A DNA stretch of 64,000 nucleotides from the NCBI GenBank assembly GCA_963700985.1, contig OY969554.1:1856001-1920000 (forward strand). Reading direction: 5' to 3'. The notes beneath the pieces were generated by a model, which saw nothing but the letters and a program-made list of their open reading frames with translations, did not search any database and had not been told where the DNA came from. This DNA comes from an uncultured Chlamydiales bacterium. GTDB taxonomy: Bacteria; Chlamydiota; Chlamydiia; Chlamydiales; Rhabdochlamydiaceae. The translations under genes were made by a program, and so were the position numbers. Numbering within the stretch: position 1 is the first letter of the stretch; every line of letters begins with the position of its first letter. Below are positions 18,435 through 30,500 of this stretch, one piece after another.

Positions 18435-18993
18435 GTGAAACGTATTCACCGGTGCGTGTATCAACTTTAATTTTTTCGCCTTCATTGACGAAAATAGGAA
18501 CTTGGATTTTAGCGCCACTCTCAGTAAGAGCAGGTTTAAGCACTCGACCAGATGTGTCACCGCGTAGGCCAGGAGAAGTTTCGACGACTTTCATTTCCAT
18601 AAACGTCGGAGGAGTAAAGTCGATTGGCTCGCCTTTATAGAAGATCACGTCATAGACGGTCTCTTCCATCAGCCACTGTTCCTTATCGCCGATCATTTTT
18701 AACGAAATGGTGATCTGATCGAAGGTCTCATCGTCCATGAAGACCACGCCATCACTCTCTTTGTAAAGCATGCGCATCTTGGATTCTTCTACATCCGCCA
18801 GATCGAGTTTCTCACCCGATTTGAAGGTATGCTCAACCACTCTGCCTGTTTTGAGGTGCTTGAGTTTAGTGCGATTAAACGGCTGGCCTTTGCCTGGCTT
18901 GACAAATTCATTGGCTACGATGGTATAGGGTTCGCCATTGATTTCGACTTTCAGACCCGTTTTAAATTCATTAGTAGCGACTTGCTTTGCCAT
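18427..18993 (-). CDS. efp: Elongation factor P
   Basis: VKPGKG loop, PGLRGDT, IKVDTRTGEYVSR. Confidence 0.96.
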   Translation of the reverse strand: MAKQVATNEFKTGLKVEINGEPYTIVANEFVKPGKGQPFNRTKLKHLKTGRVVEHTFKSGEKLDLADVEESKMRMLYKESDGVVFMDDETFDQITISLKMIGDKEQWLMEETVYDVIFYKGEPIDFTPPTFMEMKVVETSPGLRGDTSGRVLKPALTESGAKIQVPIFVNEGEKIKVDTRTGEYVSRV

Positions 18994-19048
18994 AAAACCC
19001 CAATGTAAAAAACGAAACTTTAGCGTGAGGATCGATAAACTTCAAGTT

Positions 19049-20293
19049 TCAGGTGATGGGAGGCTTAGCTTTTGCAGCTAGTTCTTGCAAAATCTTCAAT
19101 TTTTCTTGAATTTTGCTTTCGAGCGCTATAAGCGTCGCATTTTTTGTGTCTTCGAATTCTTTTAGCTGCTTGGTAAATGCATTTTCGGCTGTCACGACTT
19201 GTTGTTCTGCAGTCCTGAGACGTTCGAGCGTTTTTTGTAGTTCAGCCTGAGTGGCCGAGTTCTTGGCATTTAATTCTTGAAATTTCTTGTTTTGCGCTTC
19301 AAGATCTTGTTCGGCTTTTACAAAGGCGTTTTTAGTTTGAGTTAGCTGAGTCGAAAGTGCCTCTAGATCTATATTTTTTTGTTTAATATCAGCGTCAAAT
19401 TTTTGCAATAGTTCTAGCTTACTAGCCATGGCTTGTTCGCTTTGTCCTAATGCAAGCTTTGCTTCTTGGAGCTGTTTTATGGTGGCGTCAAGAGATTTTT
19501 GATGGGTAGTATAGTCTATCAGAATCTTTTTCGTAGCTTCATCAGCTTGAGCGATTTTATTCGCCAACTGCTGCATGAGCTGATCGACTAGTTTGTTAAA
19601 ATGCTCTGTTCTTTCTTTTAACTGACTGTTTTCTAGAGTAAGTTGGGTTTTCTCTTGTCCAAGCACACCGATTTGTGCGCCGAATTGGAGTTTTTGAGCA
19701 GTAAAATCATCCACAACTTTTTTAAGAGCTTCGATGTCACCATTTAGCGGTTGAGAGCGCAGCTGTTCATCTTTGATAGTTTGAAGCAGCCGTGCATTTT
19801 CTATCTTAAAAGCCTCTTCTGAAGCTCTCTGATCAGCGAGCTGCTTTTCTAAGCTGCTGACACTGCCTTGAAGATCGCGGTTGACTTTTTGCAGATTTGC
19901 AACGCTATTTTTGCCGCTTGCCACAGTCGTGCTAACTTTTGTAGCTACTCCTTCTAGTGCAACTCTTTCTTGATTCACATCCTGCTCAACAACCTCGAGT
20001 TCGGCCGCATCTCGCTCGATTTCTAGATCATCGGAAGATTGATAGTTAGCAAAGAGGTGATAGCCATTAATGAGGGCACTGACACTGCAAATAAAGACAA
20101 GTTCCAGCGAGCCATGAAAAAAGGCCAGGGCTATGCCAACTACGGATAAAACTGTGGCCGTTGTCCAGAGACATGAATCTATCCACTCATAAATCCTTCC
20201 GCAAATATCTGCCGGAATACAAGGAAAGGAGTCAAAAAACTGCTGCTGGACTACAAGATTAGGCTGTGTGATCAGTGCCAAGGATTCGGTCAT
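19049..20293 (-). CDS. Inc-like protein (bilobed hydrophobic domain + long coiled coil)
   Basis: Two close hydrophobic helices (LWTTATVLSVVGIALAFF / LVFICSVSALI) followed by ~300 aa Q/E/K/L heptad-rich region. Confidence 0.6.
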   Translation of the reverse strand: MTESLALITQPNLVVQQQFFDSFPCIPADICGRIYEWIDSCLWTTATVLSVVGIALAFFHGSLELVFICSVSALINGYHLFANYQSSDDLEIERDAAELEVVEQDVNQERVALEGVATKVSTTVASGKNSVANLQKVNRDLQGSVSSLEKQLADQRASEEAFKIENARLLQTIKDEQLRSQPLNGDIEALKKVVDDFTAQKLQFGAQIGVLGQEKTQLTLENSQLKERTEHFNKLVDQLMQQLANKIAQADEATKKILIDYTTHQKSLDATIKQLQEAKLALGQSEQAMASKLELLQKFDADIKQKNIDLEALSTQLTQTKNAFVKAEQDLEAQNKKFQELNAKNSATQAELQKTLERLRTAEQQVVTAENAFTKQLKEFEDTKNATLIALESKIQEKLKILQELAAKAKPPIT

Positions 20294-21513
20294 AGGTTTT
20301 CTATCTCTGCAAGACGCTGTTTATCGCGTTCTTGTTGGCTCTTTAAGCCATCTGTAATTTGGGCTGCAGTTGCAAGGAGGGGACCGAGCTGCGCGGTGGC
20401 AGAAGAGAACTCCCCAGATGCTTTTGCAAGACCCTCACCAATCTGCTGCGACTGCGCTAAGCTCGCTTGGAGTTTGGTTCTTTCTTCGGCGAGAGTGGTA
20501 GCAAAAGCAGCGCGCTCTTTTTCTAGCGTTTGGGCAAGAGCTGCATAATCCAGACGCGTTTTTTCTACTGCAGTTTGCAATTGAGCATATTTATCTTGCA
20601 GCGCGGCAAAATCGCGGCTCTCTTTACTCAATGCGCTAGAGGCTTGAGAGACTTGTGTAGCATCGCCTGCCAAACCTGTTTCGACTAATTCTAGAGTATG
20701 GCTTTTGGATGCAAGATCGGCAGCGATCTGTTTTTGTATGAGCTCCGTTTGGCCGATCTGCTGCGCGAGGTCTTTAATGTCCTTAGCGGTTTGGGCATCG
20801 ACTTTATCGAGAATCAACCCAAGATCTTTTTGCTCTTTCTGATCGAAACCTGTTTGCGCGCCAAGCTCTCTCACGTTGGATTTAAATCGCACCAACAAAT
20901 CGTTAGCTTGTGAAAGTTGTGTTTTAAAAGCACGGATAACAATTGCTAGCTGTTCGATTTGGGCGGCTTGCGTTGAAACGGTTTTTTGCAGGGCTGAGAG
21001 GTTGGTTTTTAGCTGCTGATTTTCCATATGAAGAGCGCTATCGGTTTTAGAGAGGTCGCTCGCAGCGCTTTCTAATCCGACTTGCGCGCCACTAAGCGCT
21101 ACCGTTCCTTTCTGCCATTCTGTTCCTGCAGTGTTAAGCTGAGCTGCGCTATTGTGAACAGAAACAGTAATCTGTCTTAACTGAATGTTTTCCGTGCCGA
21201 TTTTGGCCACAACCTGCTGCGCTACTCTATGCTGGTGCCTGGCGTAATAGTGCCCTATGAGTGTGACTGCAAAGAACAGCGCAGTGATGGCTTTAGCTGT
21301 GTCGCCTTCCCCACCACTAAACTCGAAAAAGGAGGCGATGAATCCCGCCGCTGCCAAGCCCTCTGCCAAACCAAATAGCGCATCATAGAATCTACAAGCA
21401 CCTGGCTCTTGACTTAAAAAAGACGGAACCACCGTTGTATCGATGACGGAGGGGAGGACGTCGAGACTGACCACCCCAGTATTAGTAGCAGCAGAACTCA
21501 AAGCAGCAGTCAT
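20290..21513 (-). CDS. Inc-like protein (bilobed hydrophobic domain + long coiled coil)
   Basis: ALFGLAEGLAAAGFIASFF / AITALFFAVTLIG then coiled coil; 4-bp overlap with the next gene. Confidence 0.6.
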   Translation of the reverse strand: MTAALSSAATNTGVVSLDVLPSVIDTTVVPSFLSQEPGACRFYDALFGLAEGLAAAGFIASFFEFSGGEGDTAKAITALFFAVTLIGHYYARHQHRVAQQVVAKIGTENIQLRQITVSVHNSAAQLNTAGTEWQKGTVALSGAQVGLESAASDLSKTDSALHMENQQLKTNLSALQKTVSTQAAQIEQLAIVIRAFKTQLSQANDLLVRFKSNVRELGAQTGFDQKEQKDLGLILDKVDAQTAKDIKDLAQQIGQTELIQKQIAADLASKSHTLELVETGLAGDATQVSQASSALSKESRDFAALQDKYAQLQTAVEKTRLDYAALAQTLEKERAAFATTLAEERTKLQASLAQSQQIGEGLAKASGEFSSATAQLGPLLATAAQITDGLKSQQERDKQRLAEIENL

Positions 21514-21514
21514 A

Positions 21515-22495
21515 TTATGTCACCAAACCTTCATTTTGGAATTGAGAGAGGCCGAAGCCAGAAGATCCTCCTTTTTGCGGAGAGAGAAATCCTTGCGAGG
21601 CAGTAGCAAGCTGTCTTACAAGTATGTGGGCGTCTATCGCCGTTTTTGCCATTGAAGCTTCGCTTTTTGCCATTGTATCTTGGCTAGAAGCGGCTGCTTT
21701 ATCAAGAAGTTCGGTTGCTTTTGCAAGTTCTTGCTTACGCAACTGAAGTTCTCGACTACTCTCTTTCAAATCTTTGCTAACTTGAGCACTTTGCTCGAGC
21801 TGAGCTTTTAGATGCGCTGACTGGGCTTCTATCTGTACGTTCTGAGCTTTTATCTGCTCATCTGCCACAGCTTTTTTTGTTTGGAGATCGCTGACCAAAT
21901 TAACAAGTGTTTTCACTTTTCCGTCGTCAAATGCTGTTTGAACTAATTTTGTAGCATTAATTAGATTTTGTTCTACTTGGGTTATTTTTACCGTTACAAC
22001 TTCAAGGCGCTCATTTTGAGCATCGAAGCGATTGAGTTGACCTTCTTGTGTGCCGATCTGCGTATCGACTTTCTCGAGTTGAATTCCATGCGTGTCGAGT
22101 TGCTGAGTAAAGAGATCAGCAGCTTTTCCAACGCGATCAACTTGCTCTCTCAACTCTGCATTGGCTCTATGCAACTCTTCGATTAGATAGTGTTGGATAA
22201 CGTAACTAGCAGAAAAGAGCAGAACGCTTGCGCAAATCACGAAACCAAGAGAGGTCATGACCATGCCAGAAAATAGAGATTCAATGGCGTGAATGACACA
22301 CCAGACTGTCATAGCGAGAATAGGGATGACTTGCCAGAATTGCGTGACGCGCCCGATGAGATTTCCAATGTCGCAGCAGCAGTTGCTGATGCATGATTGC
22401 ACGCCTTCCCAAGCCGAATTCCAATCGCATTCGATGCACCAGCTTGTTTGAGCAAAAACCGCATTAGTACCATTAATTTCCTGTGTCATAGCCAA
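21515..22495 (-). CDS. Inc-like protein (bilobed hydrophobic domain + coiled coil)
   Basis: Cys-rich N-terminus, ~50-aa bilobed hydrophobic stretch, coiled coil; GGAGG RBS upstream. Confidence 0.62.
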   Translation of the reverse strand: MAMTQEINGTNAVFAQTSWCIECDWNSAWEGVQSCISNCCCDIGNLIGRVTQFWQVIPILAMTVWCVIHAIESLFSGMVMTSLGFVICASVLLFSASYVIQHYLIEELHRANAELREQVDRVGKAADLFTQQLDTHGIQLEKVDTQIGTQEGQLNRFDAQNERLEVVTVKITQVEQNLINATKLVQTAFDDGKVKTLVNLVSDLQTKKAVADEQIKAQNVQIEAQSAHLKAQLEQSAQVSKDLKESSRELQLRKQELAKATELLDKAAASSQDTMAKSEASMAKTAIDAHILVRQLATASQGFLSPQKGGSSGFGLSQFQNEGLVT

Positions 22496-22658
22496 CCTCC
22501 CGCATAAAGCTTTTTGAGTGGCTTATCAAAATTTTGGCTTTCGATTTTTGCCAAAGTTTGAAAATACACTCTGGTTGCGGGAACTTATATAATTTTAACA
22601 ATGTTTTTATGCAATCTTAATTTTATTTGTCATCTGTCTCCGTGTCATAAGAGAGATT

Positions 22659-22778
22659 GAAGAATTGCACCACCGAGATCACAGAGCACACAGAGGAAGA
22701 GGGAAGAAGAAATAAGATGTAAGCTTTACTTCTTTTCTCACTCGGTGTTTTCTGTGCTCTCGGTGGTGAAAATTCTTC
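22659..22778. repeat. Long imperfect inverted repeat, CACCGAGATCACAGAG family
   Basis: GAAGAATTGCACCACCGAGATCACAGAG pairs with TTCTGTGCTCTCGGTGGTGAAAATTCTTC; related at 50671-50693 and 57371-57473. Confidence 0.75.
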
Positions 22779-22855
22779 CTCCGAAATGCGTAAAGCATCT
22801 GTGTATTGCTTTTTGCAGGATCTTGCATTACGATGCCGATAAAAGGTTTAAGACT

Positions 22856-23683
22856 ATGATAACAGTAGATCCACGCGAAGCACAATTTGCCAAAGACACT
22901 TTAGAACGGTATGCCGGATGCAACACAGAAGATTTCCAAAGCAATCTTCTGCTCACGAATTTTCCCCGCTATGTCGATTATTTTGCACAAAAGCGGAAAG
23001 TGAAAATTGTTGAGGGTGCGATGTTCAAGGTGGCGCACTGCCCCGAAGAAGGCATCAGCATTCTCGATTTTAAGATCGGATCACCTGCCGCTGCATTAGT
23101 GGTCGATCTCTGTTCATTTTTGCCCATTAAATCAAGCGTGCTACTAGGCATGTGTGGCGGCCTTCGAAGACGCTATCAAGTGGGCGACTATTTAGTGCCT
23201 GTGGCCAGCATCCGAGGTGAGGGCACCTCAGATTTCTATTTTCCGCCCGAAGTACCGGCTCTGGCTAATTTTCTTATGCAAAAGGCCGTAACTAGCGTCT
23301 TAGATGAACAGAAGGCAAATTATCACATCGGCATCACCTTTACGACGAACATGCGCTTTTGGGAGTTCAACGAAGAATTTAAAAGCCGCTTAAAAATGAG
23401 TAAGGCGCAAGCAATCGAAATGGAGTGTGCCACGCTCTTTGCTGCGAGCTACAAGCGTAAATACACTCTAGGTGCTCTGCTTCTCATCTCAGATCTACCT
23501 TTAAATGCGGACGGGATCAAAACAAAAAAGAGTTCCGAATTTGTTTATGAAAAACATATGCCCGATCATGTGGAAAAAGGCGTAGCTATCTTGAAGCTTG
23601 CGTGCTCATTGCAAGCGCATAACGTCAAAGGTGCATACCATCGTAACATAGGCCAGGTGCCACCCCAAAAAGAGGTCAAATGA
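22856..23683 (+). CDS. amn: AMP nucleosidase
   Basis: [44 protein letters not shown]; start set to ATG 22856. Confidence 0.9.
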   Translation: MITVDPREAQFAKDTLERYAGCNTEDFQSNLLLTNFPRYVDYFAQKRKVKIVEGAMFKVAHCPEEGISILDFKIGSPAAALVVDLCSFLPIKSSVLLGMCGGLRRRYQVGDYLVPVASIRGEGTSDFYFPPEVPALANFLMQKAVTSVLDEQKANYHIGITFTTNMRFWEFNEEFKSRLKMSKAQAIEMECATLFAASYKRKYTLGALLLISDLPLNADGIKTKKSSEFVYEKHMPDHVEKGVAILKLACSLQAHNVKGAYHRNIGQVPPQKEVK

Positions 23684-26541
23684 CGAACGTTTTTAAAGCC
23701 CTAAGATCTTTAAAAAGCGATAAACGCGTTTATTATTACGCCTTATCTGCATTAGAGGAGCAAGGCATTGCAAAGATTAGTCGTCTGCCGGTCTCCATTC
23801 GCATTATGTTAGAATCTCTTTTACGCAACTGCGATGGGAAAGCTGTAACTGAAGAAGATGTTAAGCATCTGGCACAGTGGAAACCTAAACATGGCCATGC
23901 TGCAGGTCAAAGCGGTGGCGTGCCTTTTGTTGTAGCGCGTGTGCTCTTGCAAGATTTTACGGGCGTGCCGCTGATCGTAGATCTTGCCGCCATGCGCGAT
24001 GCCACAGCTAAAAAAGGGTTTGATCCTTCGATGATCGAACCGCAAGTGCCGGTTGATCTCGTGGTCGATCACTCTGTGCAAGTCGATCGCTCCGGCACAG
24101 AAGATGCGTTTTTATTCAACCTCAAGCTGGAATTTGCTCGCAATGGAGAGCGTTACTCTTTTCTCAAATGGGGTGAGCAAGCGTTTCAATCCTTTGGTGT
24201 TGTTCCCCCGGGCATCGGCATCGTACATCAGGTGAATTTAGAATATCTGGCAAGCGTTGTTATCGAGAAAAAAACTGAAGAGGGCACGCTTCTTTACCCT
24301 GATACATTGGTGGGAACAGACTCGCATACCACCATGATCAATGGTTTAGGCGTAATGGGATGGGGAGTCGGCGGCATCGAAGCGCAAGCGGCCATGCTCA
24401 GCCAGCCTGTAACAATTCCAACTCCAGAAGTGATCGGAGTGCATCTTTCCGGCAAATTGAATGAGGGCGTGACTGCCACCGATTTGACCTTGCGTATCAC
24501 CGAGATGCTGCGCAAAGAAAATGTGGTGGATAAATTCGTCGAATTTTATGGAGAGGGCGCTAGCAGCTTGACCGTTGCCGATCGAGCCACCATCGCCAAC
24601 ATGGCGCCTGAATATGGCGCAACAGTGGGCTTTTTCCCTGTCGATGACAAGACGCTTGAATATTTGCGCATGACCGGAAGAGAAGAGAATGCGATTGCTT
24701 TGATTAAAGAGTATCTCTCAGAACAGGGATTGTTTGGCATTCCGCGCAAAGGTGAAGTAGATTTTACCAAAGTGCTCGAGCTGAATCTTTCTGAGATTGT
24801 GCCTTCCGTTGCTGGCCCTAAAAGGCCCCAAGATCGTCTTGCGCTACCGCGTTTGAAATCGAAGTTTCAGGAGCTTTTAAAAGCGACTACAACAGACGGC
24901 GGCTACGGGAAGGGGAGTGAAAAAACCCCACCAGAGGTGTTTTTGCATACCGATGGATCTTTCTCGCTCAAAGCTCACCATGACGCAGGCGGTAAGGAAT
25001 ATCTCGGTGAAGATCCCTCGAAAAAACGCGGATGGAGCGAAGATGAGATGGTCTCTAATAGACCATTTACTGATCCGGTAGTTAACCCTGGCTATTCTGA
25101 ACTTCCGCCTTGTGATGCGATTTTAACACACGGGTCGGTGGTGATTGCGGCCATTACTAGCTGCACAAATACGAGCAATCCATCGGTGATGGTGGCAGCT
25201 GGGCTTGTGGCTAAAAAAGCTGTTGAGCGCGGATTAAAGATTAGCCACGCAGTGAAGACGAGCTTAGCGCCAGGTTCGCGCGTGGTGACCGATTATTTAA
25301 AAAATTCCGGTCTCCAAAAATACCTCGATGAACTCGGATTTGATCTGGTGGCATACGGGTGCACAACCTGCATTGGAAATAGCGGGCCGCTAGATGAAAA
25401 AATTGAGAACATCATTAAAGAGCATGATCTCATCGCGGCAAGCGTGCTTAGCGGCAATCGCAATTTTGAAGCGCGTATCCACAGTGCAGTTAAGGCCAAT
25501 TTTTTAATGTCACCGCCGCTTGTGGTGGCTTTCGCTTTAGCTGGTCGCATCGATATCGATCTCGAGAAAGAACCCGTGGGTTATGACAATAAAGGCTCTC
25601 CGGTGTTCTTGCGCGAGATCTGGCCGACTTCGCACGAGATCGAAACTGTGATGAAAAAACATCTGCAGCCGGAAATTTTCCGCACGCGCTATGCAAACAT
25701 TCGCAAAGACAACCCTGTGTGGGGTGAGATAGCCGTTGTAAAAGGTGCTAAGTATGCTTGGGATCCGAAGAGCACCTACATTCAAAATCCTCCCTATTTC
25801 GAGGAGTTCACGCTCACAGAGTTTCACCGCAGAGAACTTAAAAATCTGCGCTGCCTCGCGATTTTTGGCGATTCTGTCACCACCGACCACATCTCACCAG
25901 CAGGCTCATTTAGCAGCACGTCACCTGCCGGCAAATATCTCTTATCTCTCGGGGTGAAAGAGAACGATTTTAATAGTTACGGAAGCCGGCGCGGTAATCA
26001 CCAGGTGATGATGCGCGGCACCTTTGCAAATGTGCGCATCAAAAATAAGATGGCTGATGGAACAGAAGGCGGCTATACCAAAGTCATGCCTGAGGGCACC
26101 ATGCAGACGATTTTTGAGGCTAGTCAAGCTTATGCCAAGCGGGGAGTGCCCTTAATTGTCTTTGCCGGCAAAGATTATGGCATGGGGAGTTCACGCGACT
26201 GGGCCGCTAAAGGCACGATGCTGCTCGGCGTTAAAGCCGTGGTGGCTTGTAGTTTCGAGCGCATCCATCGTAGCAACTTAATCGGTATGGGAGTGCTTCC
26301 ACTTGAATTTCCGCATGATGAGAGCGCAGAAAGTCTGGGCATTAAAGGCGATGAGACCTTCACAATTCATGGAATCGATGGCAAACTTACACCTGGCCAG
26401 GAAGCCACTCTCGAGATCACACGAGGCGGAAAAGTCGACCAAGTTAAACTCCGCGTGCGTCTAGATACTCCCATTGAGATCGAGTATTACACACACGGCG
26501 GCATCATGCCCTACGTGCTTCGCAAAATCCTCATCTCCTAA
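23680..26541 (+). CDS. acnA: Aconitate hydratase AcnA
   Basis: [56 protein letters not shown]. Confidence 0.96.
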   Translation: MTNVFKALRSLKSDKRVYYYALSALEEQGIAKISRLPVSIRIMLESLLRNCDGKAVTEEDVKHLAQWKPKHGHAAGQSGGVPFVVARVLLQDFTGVPLIVDLAAMRDATAKKGFDPSMIEPQVPVDLVVDHSVQVDRSGTEDAFLFNLKLEFARNGERYSFLKWGEQAFQSFGVVPPGIGIVHQVNLEYLASVVIEKKTEEGTLLYPDTLVGTDSHTTMINGLGVMGWGVGGIEAQAAMLSQPVTIPTPEVIGVHLSGKLNEGVTATDLTLRITEMLRKENVVDKFVEFYGEGASSLTVADRATIANMAPEYGATVGFFPVDDKTLEYLRMTGREENAIALIKEYLSEQGLFGIPRKGEVDFTKVLELNLSEIVPSVAGPKRPQDRLALPRLKSKFQELLKATTTDGGYGKGSEKTPPEVFLHTDGSFSLKAHHDAGGKEYLGEDPSKKRGWSEDEMVSNRPFTDPVVNPGYSELPPCDAILTHGSVVIAAITSCTNTSNPSVMVAAGLVAKKAVERGLKISHAVKTSLAPGSRVVTDYLKNSGLQKYLDELGFDLVAYGCTTCIGNSGPLDEKIENIIKEHDLIAASVLSGNRNFEARIHSAVKANFLMSPPLVVAFALAGRIDIDLEKEPVGYDNKGSPVFLREIWPTSHEIETVMKKHLQPEIFRTRYANIRKDNPVWGEIAVVKGAKYAWDPKSTYIQNPPYFEEFTLTEFHRRELKNLRCLAIFGDSVTTDHISPAGSFSSTSPAGKYLLSLGVKENDFNSYGSRRGNHQVMMRGTFANVRIKNKMADGTEGGYTKVMPEGTMQTIFEASQAYAKRGVPLIVFAGKDYGMGSSRDWAAKGTMLLGVKAVVACSFERIHRSNLIGMGVLPLEFPHDESAESLGIKGDETFTIHGIDGKLTPGQEATLEITRGGKVDQVKLRVRLDTPIEIEYYTHGGIMPYVLRKILIS

Positions 26542-26568
26542 CAAGCTTAAGTAGATAAGGTTTTTTGC

Positions 26569-26913
26569 TTAGGCAAAAGATGCTTTTGCGATTCCAATGT
26601 TTTGCTTAATACGAAGGATTTCTCCGTTTTTGAGGATCGGCTTAACTTGAACATGTTTATGTTCGTACTCTTCAACCCATAGGTCATAATTTTGCTGTAA
26701 ATTAAGCCATAGTTGTGGAGTTGTATCAAGTGCCTCGGCGAGAGAAAGGGCAATAGAAGGGGTTATACTTGCTGCACCATCTCTAATCTTAAACAAGGTG
26801 TTGCGAGCGATGCCTAACCTATCAGCGAACTTCTGCAAATTCAGCTGTAGAGGTTCAATGTAAAGCTTATCGAGGATTTCTCCTGGATGTGAGGGCTTTC
26901 TTTTTTTTGCCAT
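26569..26913 (-). CDS. higA: HigA family antitoxin (HTH)
   Basis: HPGEIL, HTH, WLNLQQNYDL; downstream of toxin. Confidence 0.9.
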   Translation of the reverse strand: MAKKRKPSHPGEILDKLYIEPLQLNLQKFADRLGIARNTLFKIRDGAASITPSIALSLAEALDTTPQLWLNLQQNYDLWVEEYEHKHVQVKPILKNGEILRIKQNIGIAKASFA

Positions 26914-26929
26914 AAAATTACATTCTCTT

Positions 26930-27211
26930 TTAATGATAATCTATTAAATCTACGTCGCTGGCTTCACCATTTTCAAAGCGGAAAATAATCGTCCAGTTCC
27001 CATTGATGTGAACTGAATAAAATCCTTTGAGGTTTCCTTTTAATGGATGAAAGTCGGACCCTGGAAAACTCATATCTTTAACATCTAAGGCGGAGTTAAG
27101 AAGATCTAAAATAAGCTCGATTTTCTTAACATGAGCTGCTCGAATCCCAGCCTTACTTCCAGAATCAAAAAGCTTCTTCAGCCCTTTATGCTTAAAATTC
27201 TTAACCGCCAT
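26930..27211 (-). CDS. higB: HigB (RelE/ParE superfamily) toxin
   Basis: FKHKGLKKLF, HPLKGNLKGFYS, NGNWTIIFRF, C-terminal DYH; start set to ATG 27211. Confidence 0.9.
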   Translation of the reverse strand: MAVKNFKHKGLKKLFDSGSKAGIRAAHVKKIELILDLLNSALDVKDMSFPGSDFHPLKGNLKGFYSVHINGNWTIIFRFENGEASDVDLIDYH

Positions 27212-27229
27212 TAAACTCTCATTTAGCTT

Positions 27230-27259
27230 AATGTAACCAATTAGGTTACATTTTGTCAA
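27230..27259 (-). promoter_or_regulatory. higBA promoter with palindromic operator
   Basis: Minus strand TTGACA-N18-TACATT; perfect inverted repeat AATGTAACC-N5-GGTTACATT at 27230-27252 covers the spacer and -10. Confidence 0.75.
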
Positions 27260-27511
27260 GATGGCTCCAATGTTCAGCCATGATGCCATTTGAGAAGGGG
27301 AGTTTTTCTTTGCGTAGGTTGAGTAGCGCAGCCTTTTCAACCGGATATTCACTTTTAAACTGCACTAATGCGCGTGTCATTTCAGCATTAGGGGATGAAG
27401 AGAATTTGATCTCGTAAGCTTCAAAACGATCTCCCAGATCAACTAGTAGATCATCTATTGAATCCTTTAACTAAGGAAAGCGGGATAGCTGAAATAGTAT
27501 TAACGGTTTTT

Positions 27512-30500
27512 TTATTTAATAACTTTTAGCTGAAATTCTTGTGATAGAGAGGCGATGACCTCTTTTTCGAGCAAGGCAGGATTGGTGTTCTCTTTATAAA
27601 AGAGACGTCTTTTCTCGACTTCTTGGCCTACTTGTCGTTCGACATGCAGGGTGCGCGTTTCAAACTTGAGCAGAATGAAATGGTGCGCAGAGGCGAAGAG
27701 GCGCAGGCGGGTGAGATGGTAGAGCCAGAGGACCTCGGAAGGAGGCTCGCCGAAGCGGTCTTTAATCTCTTCCAGGATGGCATCGACCTCTTGTGGAGAA
27801 GAAGTTTCACCGAGACGGTGGTAGAGTTCCATGCGGAGCGAAGGCTCAGCGATGTAGTTATCTGGAAAGAGCGCTCTGAAAGGAAACTCCATCTTAGTTT
27901 CATAAAAGGTAGGAATATTCTTTTTGCTCATCGCATCGATGGTGCGCTTCAAGAGTTTGCAATAGAGGTGAAAGCCGATGGCAGAAACTTGGCCAGATTG
28001 TTCTGTTCCCAAAATATCGCCTGCTCCACGAATTTCTAAATCGCACATAGCGATTTTCATCCCGCCGCCAAAGCCTGAGGATTCCATCAAAGCGGCTAAG
28101 CGTTTGCGAGAAATTTCAGAGAGTTCGCGCTGTTTCGGCACAAGAAAATAGGCATAAGCAGGGCGGTTCCATCTGCCTACTCTTCCGCGTAATTGATAAA
28201 GATCTGCCAGGCCAAAGGTATCGGCGCGGTCGATGATGATGGTGTTGGCGTTGGGGATATCCACGCCATTTTCAATGATGGTGGTCGCCACCAGAATATC
28301 TGCAGAGCCTTTCTTAAAAGCATGAAAGACTGTGTCGAGCTCTTCGGCTGCCATGCTGCCATGTCCGGTGACGATGCGCGCTTGTGGCAGAAGCTTCTGG
28401 ATTTCATCAGTGATATGGAAAATGCTTTCCACGCGATTATGCACGAAGAAGGCTTGACCATCGCGTGAAAGCTCTCTTAACAGCGCATTTTGAATAATGC
28501 TGTTATCGCGCTCGACGATGATGCTTTTTATCGGCAGGCGATCTTGCGGAGGGGTGTTGATTGTCGAGATCTCACGTGCGCCAATTAAGGTGAGATAGAG
28601 TGTGCGTGGAATGGGCGTTGCAGTCAGTGTGAGACAGTCGACACCTACTTTGAGAGTTTTCAGCTGCTCTTTGGCACGCACGCCAAAGCGCTGCTCTTCG
28701 TCGATGATGATTAAGCCGAGATCTTTAAAGCGAATATCTTTGCTGAGTAGGCGATGGGTGCCCACAAGAATATCGATCTGGCCATTTTGAACTTTTTCAA
28801 GCGTGTCTTTAACTTCTTTTGCAGAGGAAAAACGCGAGATGTGGGCAACTTTAACCGGGTAATTGGCCATGCGCTCGACAAAAGTCTCATAATGTTGCAG
28901 AGCCAAAACCGTGGTAGGCACAAGCACGGCAACTTGCTTACCGCCATCGGCAACGGCTTTAAAGGCTGCGCGCATGGCTACTTCAGTTTTGCCATACCCA
29001 ACATCACCACAGATCAAACGATCCATGGCTTTAGAAGAGCACATGTCACTTTTTACAGCTGTGATCGCCTGTTGCTGATCTTCTGTTTCGGTAAATGGAA
29101 AATCGCTTTCAAATGAGATCATGTTTTCGCCGTCAGGCGCAAAGGCAAAGCCGCCGACAATGGCACGTTCGGCGTTGATTTTCAGCAGATCTTGCGCATA
29201 GCCGATAATGGCTTTTTGTGCGTTGAGGCGCGTTTTCTGCCAGCGCGTTGTCCCAAGCGTGGAAAAAGTGGGCAGCTCTTCTTTTGCGCCAATGTATCTG
29301 CTGACAAGATGCGATTGGGCGATGGGCACGTAGAGTTTGCTGCCTTCTGCATACTGAAGAGAGAGAAATTCCGTTTCCTGACCGACATGATTTGGACGTT
29401 TTTCCGTACCGAGAAATTTCCCAATCCCATGATGGAAGTGAACCACCACGTCTCCAGGTGCAAGGCTGTGAAATTCTGAAGGAGGAATATGCGTGACGGA
29501 ACGCCATTTCTGCCGGCGCACGCGCATGCGATGCGTAAATTCAGTCATGGGAATGAGCGCAGCTGAGCTATCAGCGAGCACAAAACCACTTGAGAGGTAG
29601 TTCAGCTCAAAGATCGCTTGCTCAGGGATAATGACCTCTTCTTTGGCCATTTTCTCTTTAAAAGCACGCTCTTCAGAAGCCGTTGCACAAAGAAAATAGA
29701 GTTGAAAAGCAGATTTATAAGCGCGATTAACGATTTGTAAAAGCTCTTCGGCAGTGAGCGCGGCTTGATTTTCGGCGCCCGAAAAGAAAGTAGCGATCTC
29801 TTGAAACGGATGTTGCCAGCGCTTTGTTTTGACCTCGTTTCCAAAGATGGAAAAATTTAAGGATTGAAACGGTTCTTTTCCGGTGTAATAGTCACGGCCG
29901 GTGCGTTTAGAAACTTGCACCTCGGAGAGTTCTTCAATGCGCTCTTTCGACCAGAAAAGTTGTTGGAAAGAAGCTACCTTCTGCATCAACTCTTCAAAAG
30001 TTAAGAAGAAGCGCGATGCCGCGCCCGGCATATTTTTGAAAGCGACATAACGGTCTTCGATCGCTAAGAGATCGTCAAAAACTACAAGTGTATTCGGCCC
30101 CAAAAATTCTAACAGTGTAACGGGCGCGGTTTCCGTTTTGAGCACGTCGAGCTCAGATGCGGGGCTCAAGAAGAGCGTCTCAACTTTTGAGATCGATTTT
30201 TGTGAGCCTGGATCAAAAAGACGAATAGCGTCGAGGGTATTTCCAAAGAAGTCGAGGCGATAGGGTTGTGTCGCGGTTACTGGAAAGAGATCGACCAGCC
30301 CACCACGAATGGCAAATTCACCCTTATCAGACACCACGGCTGCGCGTTTGTAGCCCAGAGAAACTAAAAAAGCGGGGAACTCATCAAATGAGAGCTCATC
30401 TCCAACTTTTAGGCGCTTAAAGAGTGATTTCAGGCGATTAGAAGCGGGGAGTTTCTGAAGACATGCTTGCAAGGGGCAGAGAAGCAGCTGAGGTTTTTTT

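Noticed and set aside
18435-18560. N-terminal extension of the epmA ORF
   Set aside because: Lies inside efp on the same strand; GTG at 18434 gives a normal-length EpmA.
22745-22855. N-terminal extension of amn and the antisense ORF 22679-22885
   Set aside because: Both derive from the intergenic palindromic repeat.
27212-27352. N-terminal extension of higB
   Set aside because: Spans the promoter/operator; toxin similarity starts at ATG 27211.
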